Shown here one piece after another: positions 19,363-28,735 of a DNA stretch of 64,000 nucleotides. Made by a program: the position numbers and the translations under genes. The notes beneath the pieces were generated by a model that saw only the letters and a list, made by a program, of their open reading frames with translations, was not told where the DNA came from and did not search any database. The stretch is from a virus, in IMG/VR virus record IMGVR_UViG_3300009514_000016, positions 16,186-80,185 of that record, one strand, 5' to 3'. Numbering within the stretch: position 1 is the stretch's first letter; each line of letters opens with the position of its first letter.

Positions 19363-21495
19363 CTAATCTTTTTGCTTCGCCTGCCTGATGGTTTCAGCTT
19401 TTTTCTGAACATTGGCGATAATAACTTTTGCGACTTCTGGCATTTTTTCTTCAATTTCGAAATCTTTAAATCTCAAAATAGTCCATCCCATTCCAGCCAG
19501 CAACCTGTCTCTTTCTTGATCAGAGGCAATCTGCTCTGGAAGCCCATGGAATAATCGACCGTCTGCCTCAATTCCAAACTTTATTTCTGGCATAGCGAAA
19601 TCAAGAGCAAAATCTTTTCCGCCTTTTGGGTTTTTCACTGGATACTGAGCATATTTGGCATACGGAATATTCATTCCCATTAATGCCTTATACATTTTGC
19701 GCTCAATGGAAGTAAACTGAATTTGTTGTCTTTGAACTTCTAAATAATCACCTTCTCCACCGCTGCTCTTTTTCTGCTTCTTAGCTTTTTCTGGAGTTAA
19801 TATCTTGCCGCCAGTTCCTGCCAATGCTGGACCCGGCATTCCGCCTCCTCCAGATTCTGCTGGAGGCGGCGCTCCTCCCGGTGCTCCTCCTGGTGCTCCA
19901 CCTAAGCCTCCTCCTGGTGGTGGTGGCATTGGAAGTCCGCCTCCCATTCCTCCTCCGAAACCGCCGCCCATGCCGCCCATGCCGCCTCCAATCGGAGCGC
20001 CCATGCTCGCCATTTGCTCTGCTTGCTCGAATCTTAGACGTTCAATTTCTTGATCAAAATCTATGCCGCCAAATAGTTCCCATAGAGTTTCTCTGGAAAT
20101 ATCTCCATTGCTTTTCATTTGCAATAGCATTTGCAATTTGGCTGAATTATCTCTGATCTTGAGATCATTCCATTTGATTTCTGGGACGACGTACACAGTC
20201 TCGCCCATCTTCTTGGATTTTTCTTCATCAATAAATCCGCGCATCTTGGCCAATGGCAAGAATATCTTCTCTTCAATCCACTCAGCAAGCTCTGTTCGCC
20301 AAGATTCCAATTTCTGAATCATAGCTTCAACACCAACCGCCGCAGATTGATAAGCAGCGGCCTCTCCGTTGAGCAGGGCTTGGTTAATCATCATTCCATC
20401 AAGAATTTCTTGAGAGATTAACTCAAATTCATTGCTCAGAGATAGGACGCGACCTGATGTTCCATACCATTCATAATCAAAAGCATGGTGAGTTACCAAA
20501 GTCAGGTTTGGATCGTTTGCCGTCAAAGCCAATTGAGCCTGAACATTCGCCAAGTCTTCTGGACCCGCTGGACGATCATCATTTCCAACCTTGACGACTC
20601 TAACTGGGAGAATTAATCTTTCCGCGACAATCCATTGAGCGACCATGAGCTTGTCTTTGTATGACAAAATCTTGAATAGTCGGCGGATAAAAGAAGATCC
20701 ATAAGTTGTATAAGAATTTCCCTTATGTTTTAGATGGGAAACAACTCTATTACTTAATTTTATTGGCTGACCAGCAGCAACTTTTTTTCTAACTTCAAGA
20801 GGAAGTCTCTCATAAATCTCTCTAGGAGATCTGGTCATCACCACTGATTTCAAAGTTTCATCTGGCAACATCTTGATCTGTGGGTCGTCAACAAAAGGAG
20901 AGTCTTCAACCTCTACATTGTCTGGGTTGAGAATAATAATTGCTGAGAATTCTCCGCCTTCATGATTGCATACCCCACCAGTTTCTGGATCAACAGAGCT
21001 TCCAGCACATTTGTCGCATTTGACTTGGAGCATTGGGAACACATCGCCAATGACAAGTCTATCATGAGAAATTTCTTTGAGGATTCTATTGAGTTTTATT
21101 TTCTTGCAGAAACTTTCGTAATATTGTTTGATATTTCTGTCTTGGCACTGCAGAGTAAATCCATTCATAGGAAATTCAGAATACCAGTCAATCGCAGCGG
21201 CAACTTTAGGCTCATTCTCATAAAAATATCTAGCCCATTGCATAACCTCTCTGCGCTTTGACGGAATCTGCCAGTTGATAGGCGTGTGAAGCGGAGAGTA
21301 ATATTGCGGTTGAGTTGTTATAACATTGCCGCCGATTCCGCCTGTCAACCCTGAGACACTGCCCAATCCAGCAATTCTAGTAAATTTCTTATCGTTGGCC
21401 GCTTGAATAGTCAATCCCTGTTTAGACATATGGTATGCCTCTTCAGTTCTACTAGTGATTATTTTGTTGGTAACTATTCTAGGAATCTTGTTCAT
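19363..21495 (-). CDS. Portal protein with Gly/Pro linker and C-terminal DUF559/Vsr-like endonuclease domain
   Basis: WARYFYENEPKVAAAIDWYSEFP, GDVFP, IILNPDNVEV, VSHLKH...YG.S.I.R, P.RVVKVG portal motifs; C-terminal TSIERKMY...DFA....KFGIEADGRLFH...DQERDRLL...GWTILRF. Confidence 0.85.
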   Translation of the reverse strand: MNKIPRIVTNKIITSRTEEAYHMSKQGLTIQAANDKKFTRIAGLGSVSGLTGGIGGNVITTQPQYYSPLHTPINWQIPSKRREVMQWARYFYENEPKVAAAIDWYSEFPMNGFTLQCQDRNIKQYYESFCKKIKLNRILKEISHDRLVIGDVFPMLQVKCDKCAGSSVDPETGGVCNHEGGEFSAIIILNPDNVEVEDSPFVDDPQIKMLPDETLKSVVMTRSPREIYERLPLEVRKKVAAGQPIKLSNRVVSHLKHKGNSYTTYGSSFIRRLFKILSYKDKLMVAQWIVAERLILPVRVVKVGNDDRPAGPEDLANVQAQLALTANDPNLTLVTHHAFDYEWYGTSGRVLSLSNEFELISQEILDGMMINQALLNGEAAAYQSAAVGVEAMIQKLESWRTELAEWIEEKIFLPLAKMRGFIDEEKSKKMGETVYVVPEIKWNDLKIRDNSAKLQMLLQMKSNGDISRETLWELFGGIDFDQEIERLRFEQAEQMASMGAPIGGGMGGMGGGFGGGMGGGLPMPPPPGGGLGGAPGGAPGGAPPPAESGGGGMPGPALAGTGGKILTPEKAKKQKKSSGGEGDYLEVQRQQIQFTSIERKMYKALMGMNIPYAKYAQYPVKNPKGGKDFALDFAMPEIKFGIEADGRLFHGLPEQIASDQERDRLLAGMGWTILRFKDFEIEEKMPEVAKVIIANVQKKAETIRQAKQKD

Positions 21496-21498
21496 TTT

Positions 21499-22665
21499 CT
21501 ATGCCAACTGTTCAATTAATATGTTGTCCACAAACATCAGGGATTCATCAGTGTTCACAAAGGTTTGTAGCATCGCCAGTGTATCTACTTTGTTCTCATA
21601 GACGAATTCTCCTCTATGAATGTTGTCAATGAACACATTAACTTTCTTCTGAACTCTATCGAATTCTAATGAAATATTATACCATGTTCCCAGAGAATAA
21701 TTGATGCCCAATCCGACATTTTGATGAATTGTGTTCTGGAACGAGATTTGACCCGGACTATCTAGCTCAGTATTGTCAGGCCCGACAAAAGAAACCATCC
21801 CTGCGAAGAATTCTCCAAAGGAAGCAACTCCTCCATCACTTTTGATTTCTCTTTCTACTCTAACGTCAGCAGTTATTCTTACTGCATTAACAAAATCATC
21901 GAAATCAAATTGTCTGCCAAAAACCTGACTTCCAGATCCCAGTCCTGGTTCAACTCTGAGCTTAAGACTCTTTGTCCCATCCTGAGCAGCGTCTGTCGTC
22001 ACTGTAAAAGTTCCAACAGAATCTACTGTAACTTTGCTTACAAAACTGATCCCTCTAAAGAGGAATTTTCCCTTAGTGACCGGCAGGGCAATTGGAATAT
22101 GGTCGAATACTTCTTTTAGCCCTAAAGGAAGAGAGCCTGTAAACCCTCTTACTCCACTGAAATCAGTGTCGGCGTCATATGCCTCAAAATTCTCTGAAAA
22201 CAATGTAAAAGGAAATGATCCATCATTAAATGTGTCAAAAGTATATAAATCGCCGTTCGGGTCAACAGCCAAATTTCCAATAGTATCTGATGGATCTTGG
22301 CTCAATAGCCTCGTCACGGTTGTGACTTTGCCATAATCTCTAACTAATCTTATCGCTGAATTTCCAGTGTCAACAACATAAATGTTGCCAGAAGCATCGC
22401 ATATCATGTGAGATGGGCGATTGAATCTGGCGGCATTTCCCAATCCATCCACAAACCCTGAGACCCCTCTAGTTCCAGCAAGAACTATGGGTTCATTGAA
22501 TCCTGGATTTATTTTTAGAATGAGATGATTCTCAATGTCAGAAACGTATATGTCGCCAGATGGAGTAACTGCAACTCCAGAGCCATCGCTAAGAATTAAA
22601 TTGGAAAGGATTCTCCGTCTGCCATCTGGTGTGATTTTTATCAGTCTGTTTAGTGGTGTTGCCAT
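21499..22665 (-). CDS. NHL-repeat protein with C-terminal beta-sandwich (lectin/LamG-like) domain
   Basis: GVAVTPSGDIYVSDIENHLILKI and GFVDGLGNAARFNRPSHMICDASGNIYVVDTGNSAIR NHL repeats; WYNISLEFD....VNVFIDN...FVDNILI C-terminus. Confidence 0.75.
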   Translation of the reverse strand: MATPLNRLIKITPDGRRRILSNLILSDGSGVAVTPSGDIYVSDIENHLILKINPGFNEPIVLAGTRGVSGFVDGLGNAARFNRPSHMICDASGNIYVVDTGNSAIRLVRDYGKVTTVTRLLSQDPSDTIGNLAVDPNGDLYTFDTFNDGSFPFTLFSENFEAYDADTDFSGVRGFTGSLPLGLKEVFDHIPIALPVTKGKFLFRGISFVSKVTVDSVGTFTVTTDAAQDGTKSLKLRVEPGLGSGSQVFGRQFDFDDFVNAVRITADVRVEREIKSDGGVASFGEFFAGMVSFVGPDNTELDSPGQISFQNTIHQNVGLGINYSLGTWYNISLEFDRVQKKVNVFIDNIHRGEFVYENKVDTLAMLQTFVNTDESLMFVDNILIEQLA

Positions 22666-22674
22666 CTAACATTT

Positions 22675-24327
22675 CTATTGCTGTTGTTCCTGATCAGGAA
22701 ATTCATGTTCTACATCTTCATCCGCGCCAGTTTCATGAAGAAATTCTTCTTCATCTTCATAGTGTTCTGGAACATACTTGGCGAAATGGGTTATGGCCTC
22801 ATCCTCTGAATCATGGAAGTGCATCTTGCCAGCAACGACTGATCTCCATACGCCATCTTTGTAAAATACTCCACCGTCTAGTGAAGCTGATTTTCCTGGA
22901 TACTCTACAAAATCTTCGACTCTCTCTTCAACTGAATCGTCTTCATTTTCTTCAAATTCATCTCCAATGCCAATTGGGCCATTGGATTCTGGAAGATCAA
23001 TGTCTTCTGTTATTGGCATTTGATCCATTAGCTTTTGAACATCTGCCATATCAACCATGTCCGCTGGAGTGTCCGTCTGAATGGCTTGCAAAGTTTCATG
23101 AGTAACATCAAACTCTGGGGAAGAAGTCATAATCTGCATTGGGTGAACCCCTTGTATCCATGCTTCATCGTGAGTCATAGCGCCTAATTCATCGAGATTG
23201 TATCCCTGAGCGGCCATGAAATCGCCATAGCTCGCCATGTCTTGACTAATTTGCTCTTGAGCAACTGCTTGTGCTTTCTTGACCAGCCCGTTAGATGCAC
23301 TAACTTCTGGATTCAAGAACACTTGTTTCATTGCAGAGATGATTTTTCCGGCTGTTTTAATTTCTTTCTTACCAGAGCCAACAACCTTTTTGTCTGGTTC
23401 TGGTGCGCCGCCAAGATATTCTCTTTCTTCTGAAAGTTTATCTCTCATGTTGGAAAGGCGTTTCTCGTAGCTCCACTCATCTGGGCTAATTGGTCTGCGT
23501 CTCTGTCCTGGCTTTAGCTGATAAGAGTTTCCTGCGGTGTCATAATGAACTTCAAATCTCTTATTAAAATACCCGCCAACATAGTTCCCATCTTTGTCGC
23601 GATATTCTCTTGAGAATTTGTCAATAACATTTTGTCTGAAAAGAGTTTCAGCACAAATAATACGGTAATCATCTAGGGCAAGTCCATCTAAGCAGTGCCA
23701 GCGGCAAACATAATCAGAAATGACATTGCGAATCTTGGGACACCAGCGTTTTTCATCTGGTCCATTTAGGATATATGGTTCGCTCATACGAACTGCTGTT
23801 TTAGTGAATTTCTTTAAGTTAAACGCTTTCATTGGTTCTCTTTCGTGAATATCCTCAACAACTTGTTCATATTTAGGAAGTTCTTCGGATCTTTCCTCTT
23901 TAACTTCCTCTTCAACCGCCTTCTCTGGATCTCTCGCCATATTGTTCTTTTCGAATATATTGAACAATTTTACTGCTATTTCTTTTTGGTCTTCTTTTGC
24001 ATCTGGATGCTCTGACTCCCCCAATGCGATATAGGCGTCAATTAGCTCATCTGTGCTATGTTCCATAGATGGATTGGGAATCCGACTCAAGAAGTCAAAT
24101 TTGATCTCTTCTCTATTCTCGTCTTGCGCCAAGGAATCTAGCCATGTTTGAACAGAAGGGACTTCTTGACCTTGCTCATCCGTCATTGAATAACCGACAG
24201 CAGATTGAAAGAGCGGAGGATTTTGAACCCAGTCCTGAGAACCGAATTCCCCTTGTTGATCCTGCGGACCATCAAGGGGAGATTCAGAAATTTGTGCTAG
24301 TTTATAAGCTTTTTTGTTGAATCCCAT
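22675..24327 (-). CDS. Putative internal head protein (acidic, central Cys/His cluster)
   Basis: Probable start MGFNKKAYKLAQ; internal MKAFNLKKFTKTA; WCPK...CRWHC...C cluster. Confidence 0.7.
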   Translation of the reverse strand: MGFNKKAYKLAQISESPLDGPQDQQGEFGSQDWVQNPPLFQSAVGYSMTDEQGQEVPSVQTWLDSLAQDENREEIKFDFLSRIPNPSMEHSTDELIDAYIALGESEHPDAKEDQKEIAVKLFNIFEKNNMARDPEKAVEEEVKEERSEELPKYEQVVEDIHEREPMKAFNLKKFTKTAVRMSEPYILNGPDEKRWCPKIRNVISDYVCRWHCLDGLALDDYRIICAETLFRQNVIDKFSREYRDKDGNYVGGYFNKRFEVHYDTAGNSYQLKPGQRRRPISPDEWSYEKRLSNMRDKLSEEREYLGGAPEPDKKVVGSGKKEIKTAGKIISAMKQVFLNPEVSASNGLVKKAQAVAQEQISQDMASYGDFMAAQGYNLDELGAMTHDEAWIQGVHPMQIMTSSPEFDVTHETLQAIQTDTPADMVDMADVQKLMDQMPITEDIDLPESNGPIGIGDEFEENEDDSVEERVEDFVEYPGKSASLDGGVFYKDGVWRSVVAGKMHFHDSEDEAITHFAKYVPEHYEDEEEFLHETGADEDVEHEFPDQEQQQ

Positions 24328-24328
24328 C

Positions 24329-25345
24329 TTACTCCTCTTCGGATTCAGATGGTTCATTTCTTGTTGTATCAGTGAAAAGCTTAGAAAGAGAATCGACTAT
24401 TTCAGCTTGCTTATCTGCGGAACGGGTTCCTTTGCCGACTTTTTTCCAGCTATCATCTTTTTCCGCTTTACGGCTAATGTCAGCTTTTCTCTTTTTAGCG
24501 GCTTCAACGCTTTGCTCTTTTGTGGTTTTCTCTGATGCGAAAGCAGAGCCTTCTCCGTCAAACATGCTGATTTGGTCTTTTCCGACTCCAACGTAAGACT
24601 GAGAAACTGCTGGCTCTGATGCTGCGGTCTGAACAGTGTGAGACTGAACTAGATCCAAGCCCTCTCTTAGAGAAGCAAGCATAATTTCCTGACGCTCAGT
24701 TTCCATTTCTTTGATTGAGTTCTTTCTGGCTTCAACAGACTTTTGAATTCTTTCTTTGTTGTCGTCTAATTCCATTGACTCGACTTGAACATCAAAATCT
24801 TCAAACATGCTAAACTGGCCCGGAGCAACTCTGTGTGATCCGCCGAAGTTAGTCTCTGTCTGAGAGCCCGAGTAACGAACCTCTCTCTCCAAGCTGGTTG
24901 ATTCAACCTTGAATCCACTATCGCCAAGTTTCTTAGCAACTTTGGTTGTGATTTTTTTCACAGAAGCCTCAATGTCGTCGTCATCTTCCATTTCGATGTC
25001 TTCTTCTGTTTCTTCTGATTCTATCTCCTCCAGCTCTTCATCGGTTGGTTCATCGTCTTCCTCCTCTTCGTCGTATCCATATCCAGCAACGATAAGAGTT
25101 TTTATTGCTTGAGAGCTAGATTCTGTGAATTTAATTCCAAGATTAGCCATTGCCTCAACAGCGGCTTCAGGAGATTCAGTGCTCTCTTTGTAATAAGAAA
25201 GCATGTCGTCATCTAGACCTTGAGCGGCCAAATCTGCTGGAATTTCTTTAATTTCTTCAACAGGAGAAAATGATTCTTCTACTGTTTGAGCTTCTTTCCG
25301 AGCAAACCATTCTAGATTGTTTTGATCTTTAGTTTTGCGCAACAT
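24329..25345 (-). CDS. Acidic putative head protein
   Basis: Very D/E-rich; LEWFARKEAQ and KVA motifs; repeated Q[FI]SMF[ED] motif. Confidence 0.7.
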   Translation of the reverse strand: MLRKTKDQNNLEWFARKEAQTVEESFSPVEEIKEIPADLAAQGLDDDMLSYYKESTESPEAAVEAMANLGIKFTESSSQAIKTLIVAGYGYDEEEEDDEPTDEELEEIESEETEEDIEMEDDDDIEASVKKITTKVAKKLGDSGFKVESTSLEREVRYSGSQTETNFGGSHRVAPGQFSMFEDFDVQVESMELDDNKERIQKSVEARKNSIKEMETERQEIMLASLREGLDLVQSHTVQTAASEPAVSQSYVGVGKDQISMFDGEGSAFASEKTTKEQSVEAAKKRKADISRKAEKDDSWKKVGKGTRSADKQAEIVDSLSKLFTDTTRNEPSESEEE

Positions 25346-25806
25346 TATTTTTTATCTCCTGTGCTCTTTTTAGAAATTGCTTTAGAAATGATAATTTTTT
25401 CCACTGCAAGAGAGCTTTTTGATTTCTTTTTATCGCCACTAATACTATGGCTTTTATTTTTCATCCAGTGAGCTAAAGCCCAAGGATTATCGCTGTCTTT
25501 TAGCTCTTCACCATTGTCTTCTTTAGCGGCAGCTTTGGGTTTTCCTGGTTTAACTTCCCAATCTAAGGTGTTTCTGCCTTGCAGGGAGCAATCTTCGCAT
25601 TGAGTTTCTCCACAATCGCATCCTTGGCTTTCTCCAATTCTCAAAAATTCCTCATGGACTTCTTGAGCAATGTTGAAAATACCCTGCTTATCAGCTAGGA
25701 CAGCCGCTTCTTCCATGGAAACACCTTTTTTCTCAGCTAGCCGAGAAATGATGTTATTAATGGATGCGTGGATTAGATTGGAAAATTCTTTTTTAGCTTC
25801 GCTCAT
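25345..25806 (-). CDS. Putative head protein
   Basis: CDCG..QCEDC cluster; DNPWALAHWM motif. Confidence 0.65.
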   Translation of the reverse strand: MSEAKKEFSNLIHASINNIISRLAEKKGVSMEEAAVLADKQGIFNIAQEVHEEFLRIGESQGCDCGETQCEDCSLQGRNTLDWEVKPGKPKAAAKEDNGEELKDSDNPWALAHWMKNKSHSISGDKKKSKSSLAVEKIIISKAISKKSTGDKK

Positions 25807-25827
25807 TATTGATCCCTTAATAAACTT

Positions 25828-25852
25828 AGGGGCGGGACAACCGCCCGCCCCT
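25828..25852. terminator. GC-rich intergenic hairpin (terminator or mRNA-stabilising stem)
   Basis: AGGGGCGGG/CCCGCCCCT stem with 7-nt loop; U-tract is on the + strand side, antisense to the flanking genes. Confidence 0.6.
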
Positions 25853-25864
25853 TTTCGTTTTTGC

Positions 25865-26677
25865 TTAGTAGTCTTGGACTAGCGCCTTAGCATATTCTTT
25901 TGGATAGTAGAGCCCGAAATAATTTTGCAACCATTTCTTGTCTTTATCCGTTAGCTTGGCAACAGTTGTGAACTTGCCTTTGAATCCAGCGTAAAGAGGA
26001 TCGCTAATGACAACAACTTCTCCGGTTCCTTCGTCCATTCTCTCTCCTGGAACAGACTTTTCAGACCCTTCTTCGTCAACGCAACCGCAAACGCATTTTT
26101 CGTCTTCGCATTTGCATTCTATTGACTCATGTGAAGCGCATCCCATTTTGGCACAATCCATGCAAAAATAGCATTCGTCATCTTCATCTTCGGCAGAGAA
26201 TTCCATTTCGACTGTCTCTTCTGGCTCTGGGATAGATGCGCATTTGTGTTCTAGAGCTTCTTCCTCGCCGCATGAATCGCAAGTAGATGCTTCTGTAATT
26301 TCTTCTTCTGGAGCCTCTTCGGATTTTTCTTGAGCAACTTTTGGATAAGTTGACTTGACGGCAGCGTAAATTGACGCCTTTAGTTCTTCAAGAGTTCCAT
26401 CAAACCATTTTGGAACTTCCTTGTACTCAGCCATTCTGATGAGAGCATCAGTTGCCTGCTTGGCATTGTTAATTGGATAGTGATGCTTTCCGTCTTTGAC
26501 TTTTGGATTACTGGAAGCAAAAACAACTTTTTCTTTTGAAGATTCAGCTTTCTTTTCTTCTTTGCTGGCTTCTTTTGTTAGTTTTTCTGAAGATGCGATC
26601 TTCTTTTGCTTGGCCACCCAGTCAGTCCAACTGGATTTGCTTGAGTCGCCTTTAATTTTATTGCTGAATAGTTTCAT
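25865..26677 (-). CDS. Putative head protein with Cys-rich region
   Basis: Start MKLFSNK with AGGAG SD; HHYPINNAKQATDALIR helical module; Cys-rich acidic stretch; KKIAS and KEAS motifs. Confidence 0.7.
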   Translation of the reverse strand: MKLFSNKIKGDSSKSSWTDWVAKQKKIASSEKLTKEASKEEKKAESSKEKVVFASSNPKVKDGKHHYPINNAKQATDALIRMAEYKEVPKWFDGTLEELKASIYAAVKSTYPKVAQEKSEEAPEEEITEASTCDSCGEEEALEHKCASIPEPEETVEMEFSAEDEDDECYFCMDCAKMGCASHESIECKCEDEKCVCGCVDEEGSEKSVPGERMDEGTGEVVVISDPLYAGFKGKFTTVAKLTDKDKKWLQNYFGLYYPKEYAKALVQDY

Positions 26678-26785
26678 GTTGATGTAACTCCTGTTTAGTG
26701 GGTAGTATATACGCACACAGATAAATTGTTATGGTATTAACGATTGTACCTTTAAAAAAAATCTTTTCCTCTATTTTTCGATAAT

Positions 26786-28735
26786 TTAGAGTGCAGCTTT
26801 AGCTTGCCCAATATTTGCCATGTTTTGCGATAGTTGATCCATCTCTCCAATTTGGCCGCTTAATCCTGAAATGACATCTATGGTTTCCATCAGATTGGCT
26901 CTGATGCTCTCTAGTTGTGCCATAACTCCTTGCATGTCGGCAGCGGCTGTAATTTTTTTAGAAGATTCAGAAATAGCGCGCAAAAATAGATTTCCATATT
27001 TTTTGTGATCATTGGCGCTTGCATATTTGGCAAAACTTGGTGTTTGCGCCAAAGTCATGTAGTCGTTATACTCTGTAATAGCAGTAATCCATGCCTCATA
27101 TGGGGACATATCAGTTTTAGCTCTCAGTTCGCGAATTCTCTTTTGCAAAGCCCTGGAGTTGGCAATAAAATATCCCTGGACTCCAACGTACTGAGCTTTC
27201 TTATTGAGTTTGTGTTGTTTGCTATTAAATGAATTTTTCATATTAGTCTCTTTTGCTAAATTGGAAGATGTTTTCCTTTTTGTGGAATTGTTTTTCGCAT
27301 TAATCGTTGAATATGAGTTCTGTATTGTTTCAAGATTATTTTTGATTGAATTCCCCATTTGAAGAACGATGTTGTCTTTTGCGTCTGCAGATATTTTCCT
27401 ATTAGCCAGAACTGTTCTAGCAAATATTCTAAACATATCATATAATAATATGAATCTTACTAGATCTGCATTTCTCCTGATTGCGGCATCAGCGCTGTCA
27501 TCTGTAATAACTGCTTTGATTACATTTTCTTTTACTGGGCCATATAATGCCATAACTGATTTTTGATCTAATTCTGTATCTTTTTGAATTTTTGACGATT
27601 CTTGATTTATTTGGTTGCCAACATTCCTCCATATTTTTTCCATATCTCTGTACGCTTGTTTTCGAGCATTTTGTAAAATAGCTTGTCTGACAAGTGGTAA
27701 AATTGTCGTATAAAATTGGCTATACCTGCTTATGTAATAATTGTAGTTTTCATTTGAAGACTGTTGCTGAGATAATTGTTCGCCTTCTTCGTCTGGATCG
27801 CCATCTAACTCATCATCTGACTCTTCATCCGATTTAGCTCTGTTTCTCATAATAGTGTTGATACTACTTATAAAGTTATCGCTTCTTATGGCATCAAAAG
27901 TTCCAAGTCCGCGCAATTCTGGCACCGGAGCAGTATTGATCCGATAAAATTCATCCGCCCATCTATAGAATGAACTCAGTGATGATAGTAATTGCATTTT
28001 CGGATCATTTTGATCAAAACCAGCCGCACTGCCAATCTGAGAAGCCATATTTTCTATAATTGGTCTGATTGAATTGTAATATTGTAAATATCTATCGTAA
28101 TGATTTTTGACATTGCTCCATGTAGACCTTAAGTCCTCGCTAAATTGATTGAGAAATCTAATTTGCATTTCACTAATGTTTTGCCCAACATTTTGCCCGA
28201 TATGAACGATAAACTTGTTTTTTGATTTGGCAGATGTTGTATTTTGAATTGCTATATTTTGCGATTGAGTCGATGCGCTCTGAGATGCGCTCTGAGATGT
28301 ATTCAGCGCTGTGGCAAAAGCCGCGCTGGCCCTATTCATGCTGGACACTACTTCCGTTGTTTGATCCTTCATGCCCATTACGATATCAGCTAAAGAGGAA
28401 ACGGCGCTTATCATGTTTTCTGGGATTAAATCATCAAAGCCTTTATACCGTTGATTCTGAAGGACACTCTGTGTGTTTCTTATTTCTTTCTCATATCGCG
28501 ACAGTGCTGCATGGTACATGCTAATGGATTCAACAACGGCAGGGATGTTCGTCTCAAGTATCGGCATATTATTGCCAAACACAGACATTATCTGATTGAA
28601 TTTATTGTGAATATATCCAGGGGTGTTTTGAGGATTTTGATTTTGCTGGTTGAACTGCGGACTCCCTTGCACTTGAGTTTGCTGAGGTTCGTTTTGCGCT
28701 AAAGTGATATGTTTTCTTTTATTGAACTTTGGCAT
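26786..28735 (-). CDS. Large helical Q/N-rich putative internal/ejection protein
   Basis: 649 aa; MPKFNKRKHITLAQ N-terminus; internal SFNSKQHKLNKKAQ. Confidence 0.7.
   Translation of the reverse strand: MPKFNKRKHITLAQNEPQQTQVQGSPQFNQQNQNPQNTPGYIHNKFNQIMSVFGNNMPILETNIPAVVESISMYHAALSRYEKEIRNTQSVLQNQRYKGFDDLIPENMISAVSSLADIVMGMKDQTTEVVSSMNRASAAFATALNTSQSASQSASTQSQNIAIQNTTSAKSKNKFIVHIGQNVGQNISEMQIRFLNQFSEDLRSTWSNVKNHYDRYLQYYNSIRPIIENMASQIGSAAGFDQNDPKMQLLSSLSSFYRWADEFYRINTAPVPELRGLGTFDAIRSDNFISSINTIMRNRAKSDEESDDELDGDPDEEGEQLSQQQSSNENYNYYISRYSQFYTTILPLVRQAILQNARKQAYRDMEKIWRNVGNQINQESSKIQKDTELDQKSVMALYGPVKENVIKAVITDDSADAAIRRNADLVRFILLYDMFRIFARTVLANRKISADAKDNIVLQMGNSIKNNLETIQNSYSTINAKNNSTKRKTSSNLAKETNMKNSFNSKQHKLNKKAQYVGVQGYFIANSRALQKRIRELRAKTDMSPYEAWITAITEYNDYMTLAQTPSFAKYASANDHKKYGNLFLRAISESSKKITAAADMQGVMAQLESIRANLMETIDVISGLSGQIGEMDQLSQNMANIGQAKAAL

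Noticed and set aside
19363-19730. Intein in the portal
   Set aside because: The nuclease domain is C-terminal, with no C/S start or HN-C/S/T splice junction and no downstream extein.
19800-20010. GC-rich repetitive stretch as a CRISPR array or DNA repeat element
   Set aside because: It encodes the in-frame Gly/Pro linker of the portal; there is no repeat-spacer periodicity.
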